Source: Pavona decussata (Eukaryota). From it: a stretch of DNA of 64,000 nucleotides. Each line of letters begins with the position of its first letter. Position 1 is the first letter of the stretch. This document shows, one piece after another, positions 60,214 through 64,000 of the stretch. A model generated the notes under the pieces. It saw nothing but the letters and a program-made list of their open reading frames with translations. It had not been told where the DNA came from and did not search any database. The stretch is taken from NCBI GenBank assembly GCA_977016875.1, contig CDRNST010000091.1, positions 2,046,001 to 2,110,000 of the forward strand, written 5' to 3'. The translations under genes and the position numbers were made by a program.

Positions 60214-63039
60214 TTCAATAAATCAATACAAATCAATAAAAAGTAGATAAATGCTATCAATTTTATCATTCAACTGATAAAAACTGATGTCACAACATCA
60301 TCATCAATAATATACATTGTACATCTAGACTGTCATGATCTGTCATTTATCCCATAAATTTTCTTTATAAAAACAAAGAGCTGATGCCTGTCATTATTGG
60401 GGCTTAAAGGGTTAAGTACACTGTATCTGAGTTGCTCGATTAGGTTTTTCTTATGTACTTAAAGACTCGGAGACAAAACAATCTTGTGATCTTGCAAGGT
60501 GAACTGGTCGAACAGTTATTTTGTTTGTGTTGTTTTTTTAAAAGTCAGATGCGTAGATAGTTGTTGTGTTCTTCGGGCACGGTAATGAAATGGAACAATC
60601 AACAGAACATGTCTGAAGTTTGTGCCATGTCATGATGAGTGTTTTGGTGTAGACCAGTTATGATTCAAAGCACTGATATTTCCTGTTAACTCCAAGTGGT
60701 TTACATTAATTAAAAACAGATTCGGTGGCCCAAACAATCGAGATACACACTAGCATGACACAAACAAGCAACCTAGCAAGTGTTGGAGAACATAAGGAAA
60801 AGAATACAGCTATGAATATGCAATGAAACAAATTAAAGTTAACTTGTCAAAAATTTGACAAGTTGACAAACAAAACAAAGCTGCAATACCTTGATAGTAG
60901 GCCAACGTAGTAAGAAACGAAGCACAATTTTGCTTCCATAACAAGCACACACACTGATTGTTAAAACTCATGTGCTGGGCACGAACTTGAGCATATGTGT
61001 CAAAAGGGCAACTAGTTCCAGTATCATGTGTTGAAAGAAGAAAACTCGATCCTGCAATTCCAGTGGGAGTGGGTCAGGTGTAATCTGTTAGTTTCAGATG
61101 ACTAGAAGGGACTTAGAGACATCTTATTGGGAATAAACTTGTAAAAACTGTGGATGAAAGGTTCCGTTTTTTAGCTTTGAAAGAAGAGTTTATTTGAATA
61201 TCTGTTATTGAAAATTGAGAAATGTCATTTAACTTTTAAAAAGGCAGCTCCTTTAATCAAGTTTTATTTCGTTTATTAGCAGTTTTATAGACTGACTTTT
61301 ATTGTTTGTTTTCCAACTGGGAGAAGCACTGGAGGGAGGGGGGGGGGAGATTTGGTCCCTCTTACCCTTTCCTCCCAGGAGTGATCAACATGGAATTAAA
61401 TTCTCCTTACATTATCGTACCTGCCAACTCTCCCGGTTTTCCCGGGAGTGTCCAAGTTTTTTATCAAATCTCCCGGTCTCCTGGGTAGAGCACCAAATCT
61501 CCCGGGAAATACCTACCGCGGTCTTTGTGAGATATGTTTATAATATTGTTTATTTCTCGTCGGCTCCTTCCCCCCCCCCCCCCCCCCAGTGAAGCACTAA
61601 ATGTAGGGTTAATGACACGGTTCTGCTGGGACAGCGGAACAGATTTTTGTACTCTGGGGGTTGACAGGTATGCATTATTGATACCTTGTCAACCAGACAA
61701 GTGATGAGAATAAAATAATCATCAACTAGGCGATATTGTTCAATGATGTTATACTAAATTCTGTGAACTAACTTTCAAAGGAAATGTATGACAGTCAGTC
61801 AGGAGAATTGACATTCAGATCATGGGAGTGAAATCATTAACTCAGATGCAGTGTTACACTTCATTTCCAATGAAACTCAGAGGGTTTATAGTATGATTGC
61901 CAAAAAGTGGTTTTTCAGGCTTTCTTTTCTTTCAGCCGCAGTTCAAATATAATGTAATTCAAATATTGCATTTTCTTTGAGGTCTACAACTTTGAGCCAA
62001 TGTTGTGGTGAACAGGTTTGTTGAGCCATCTGTGCTGGAAAAACTACATGTATCCACAGCACTATAATTATTTGGTCCTAATCAATTTGGTTCTGATAAG
62101 AGAAAGTAATTACAAGAGGACTAGTTATAACAGTTCTGTATACATGTAAGTCACCTATTTTTGGCAGAAATTGTTATATGAGAGCAGTAAGAGGGTAAAT
62201 GTTGTTTGAGCTTATTATTGTGTGATGTATTAAACTTTTACCTTGACCTGGTGCAGTCAAACATAAAAATTATGCAGCCTTGTTATATCCATTATTTTAT
62301 AAATGCCAGTCTTTCTTAGCATGCGTGACTCTTTAACCTTCATTAAAATGACCCAATAATAATTACATTTTATAATCTGACAAACCTCAAAGGTAATCCT
62401 CTTAGCACAGTATATCTTCCATTGACAGCTTTTAAGAACTTGTTGAGAAGTTTTTGCTTTCTTCAAACAAATCTGAGATGATCTGTGTAATGATTTTGTG
62501 TTTTCTGCAAGCACATTTTCTGGAGAGTTCCATTTAGTCATGCAGTGCAGTATTAAATGCAATATGCGCAAACAGTCACAGAAAATAGACAAAACAAGAA
62601 ATGACCCTTGAAGAAAACCATTGACCTGTAGAATTCATGGAATGCTTAATAAAAGTCAATTAACCTAAGGATTTTAAGATCATATGATACCTTTTATGGA
62701 AGGGTTTTCCAAGTGTTAGAACTGAGCCATACTGTAGCTTTTCACCACTGAAATCTGTTCTTTGGTGGAAAAAACTCTTTGCAGTTTCTCTTTCGAATTT
62801 TATGGCAAATGGTAAGTGTTTGATAGTTGTGGTTAAAGTTCATTATTCAGAAACAAATCGTGTAATCTTTGTGAAGAAAGAAATCTTCTAATTTTTGCGA
62901 AGAAACAAAATCTTGTAATCTTTGTGAAGAAAGAAATCTTTTAATCTTTGTGAACCTGGATTGTGTTAGAAATGTTTGGTGACATATTGTACAATTTTGA
63001 TTCAGCATGATTAGAGTATGCATGACATAAATGTATATA

Positions 63040-63427
63040 CAGTCGAACCTCGATTATCCGGACCTCGATTATCCAGACTTTTTTCTCTGGTCCCAATTTT
63101 TTCATGAATATTAATTAGTTGTAATCTTGAAAACTAAAAGTCGCAAGAAGCCCAATAATCCTTTCAAAAGTCTGTTGAAACAGCGTATTATCCTGGGTAC
63201 TTTTCAAAATTTGCAAGTGCAACGAGACAATACCTGAACTTAAAGTTTTTATTTGTAAATACATTACAGGCTGTGTAGATTTCACAATTAAAATGATGTT
63301 TTCTTTGCTGTACCCTTTTGTTTACATTTCTATCTCATTAATATTCATATTTTCGATTATCTGGACTCTCGATTATCCAGACTTTTTACCGAGGTCCCGA
63401 CGAGTCCAGATAATCGAGGTTCGACTG
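63040..63427. mobile_element. Tc1/mariner (pogo-like) MITE
   Basis: TA-CAGTCGAACCTCGATTATC…GATAATCGAGGTTCGACTG. Confidence 0.85.
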
Positions 63428-64000
63428 TGCTGTAGATAGTAAGTTCACAAGAGTTATGTTATAGAATGCCACATCCTGAATGCCACCATGCATTTATGAT
63501 ATTTAGGGTTTAAACAATCCTGTATATACCAGGTGTTAGTGTATTTTGGGGTATACACTACATGTAAATGAATATATTTTTTTGGCATCATCACAGAGAC
63601 GACAACATACATGAAGTTGTTATAATACCAGTATCAGTTCTGAATTTGGTGTTCTGTGAAATGCTCCAACCGGCTAGTAAATATGCTCTGAAATAATGTC
63701 AACCTGTTCAATTTAAAACTATATTTTTGTAGGTGTAAATCTCTTTGGTGTTTTCATGTATTTGTTACAAGTTCAATGACTTATACTTGTGAATGAAAGT
63801 GATGTTTGGAAGTATACAATAATTATTGTTTTTGTTATGTTGTTTTTTGTACTGTGGTCCTCTGCACAGTCTAAAATTTTAACAGCATATTGAATTTTAA
63901 TATTTGTTTAAAAATTCCTCAAATTTCATTGATCATGCATGTTATGTTAAATATGATTCGATAAAATGCTAATATTTGGTGAAAAAGCAATGTTTGAAAT

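Noticed and set aside
59514-64000. Further coding exons
   Set aside because: No convincing AG-ORF-GT segment with spectrin-like sequence found by eye; treated as intron, though a short exon could be missed.

Overview
Eukaryotic, AT-rich, intron-containing genomic DNA with three assembly gaps. The repeat landscape and gene content suggest a cnidarian, probably a stony coral (inference). Left half (1-34 kb): a tandem, same-strand cluster of genes for low-complexity acidic/basic proteins, with no family I can recognise. Three have a signal-peptide micro-exon, and nearly all introns are phase 1. A ~7 kb tandem duplication (15936-22609 / 22607-29709) created a truncated but open paralog that keeps the signal peptide and N-terminal domain. 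Right half (36.5-64 kb): 16 exons (894 codons, running off the window) of a SEC14/CRAL-TRIO plus spectrin-repeat gene. It matches SESTD1 over its whole length, then continues in frame into sequence resembling the CCDC141 N-terminus, i.e. a fused SESTD1-CCDC141(-titin?) type gene. A CpG-rich putative internal promoter lies near that junction. Non-coding DNA is packed with nested MITEs, SINEs, a LINE 3' fragment, Penelope remnants with minimal hammerhead ribozymes, and a small element with DIRS-like terminal architecture. All gene models were spliced by hand and homologies are from memory; no searches were run.
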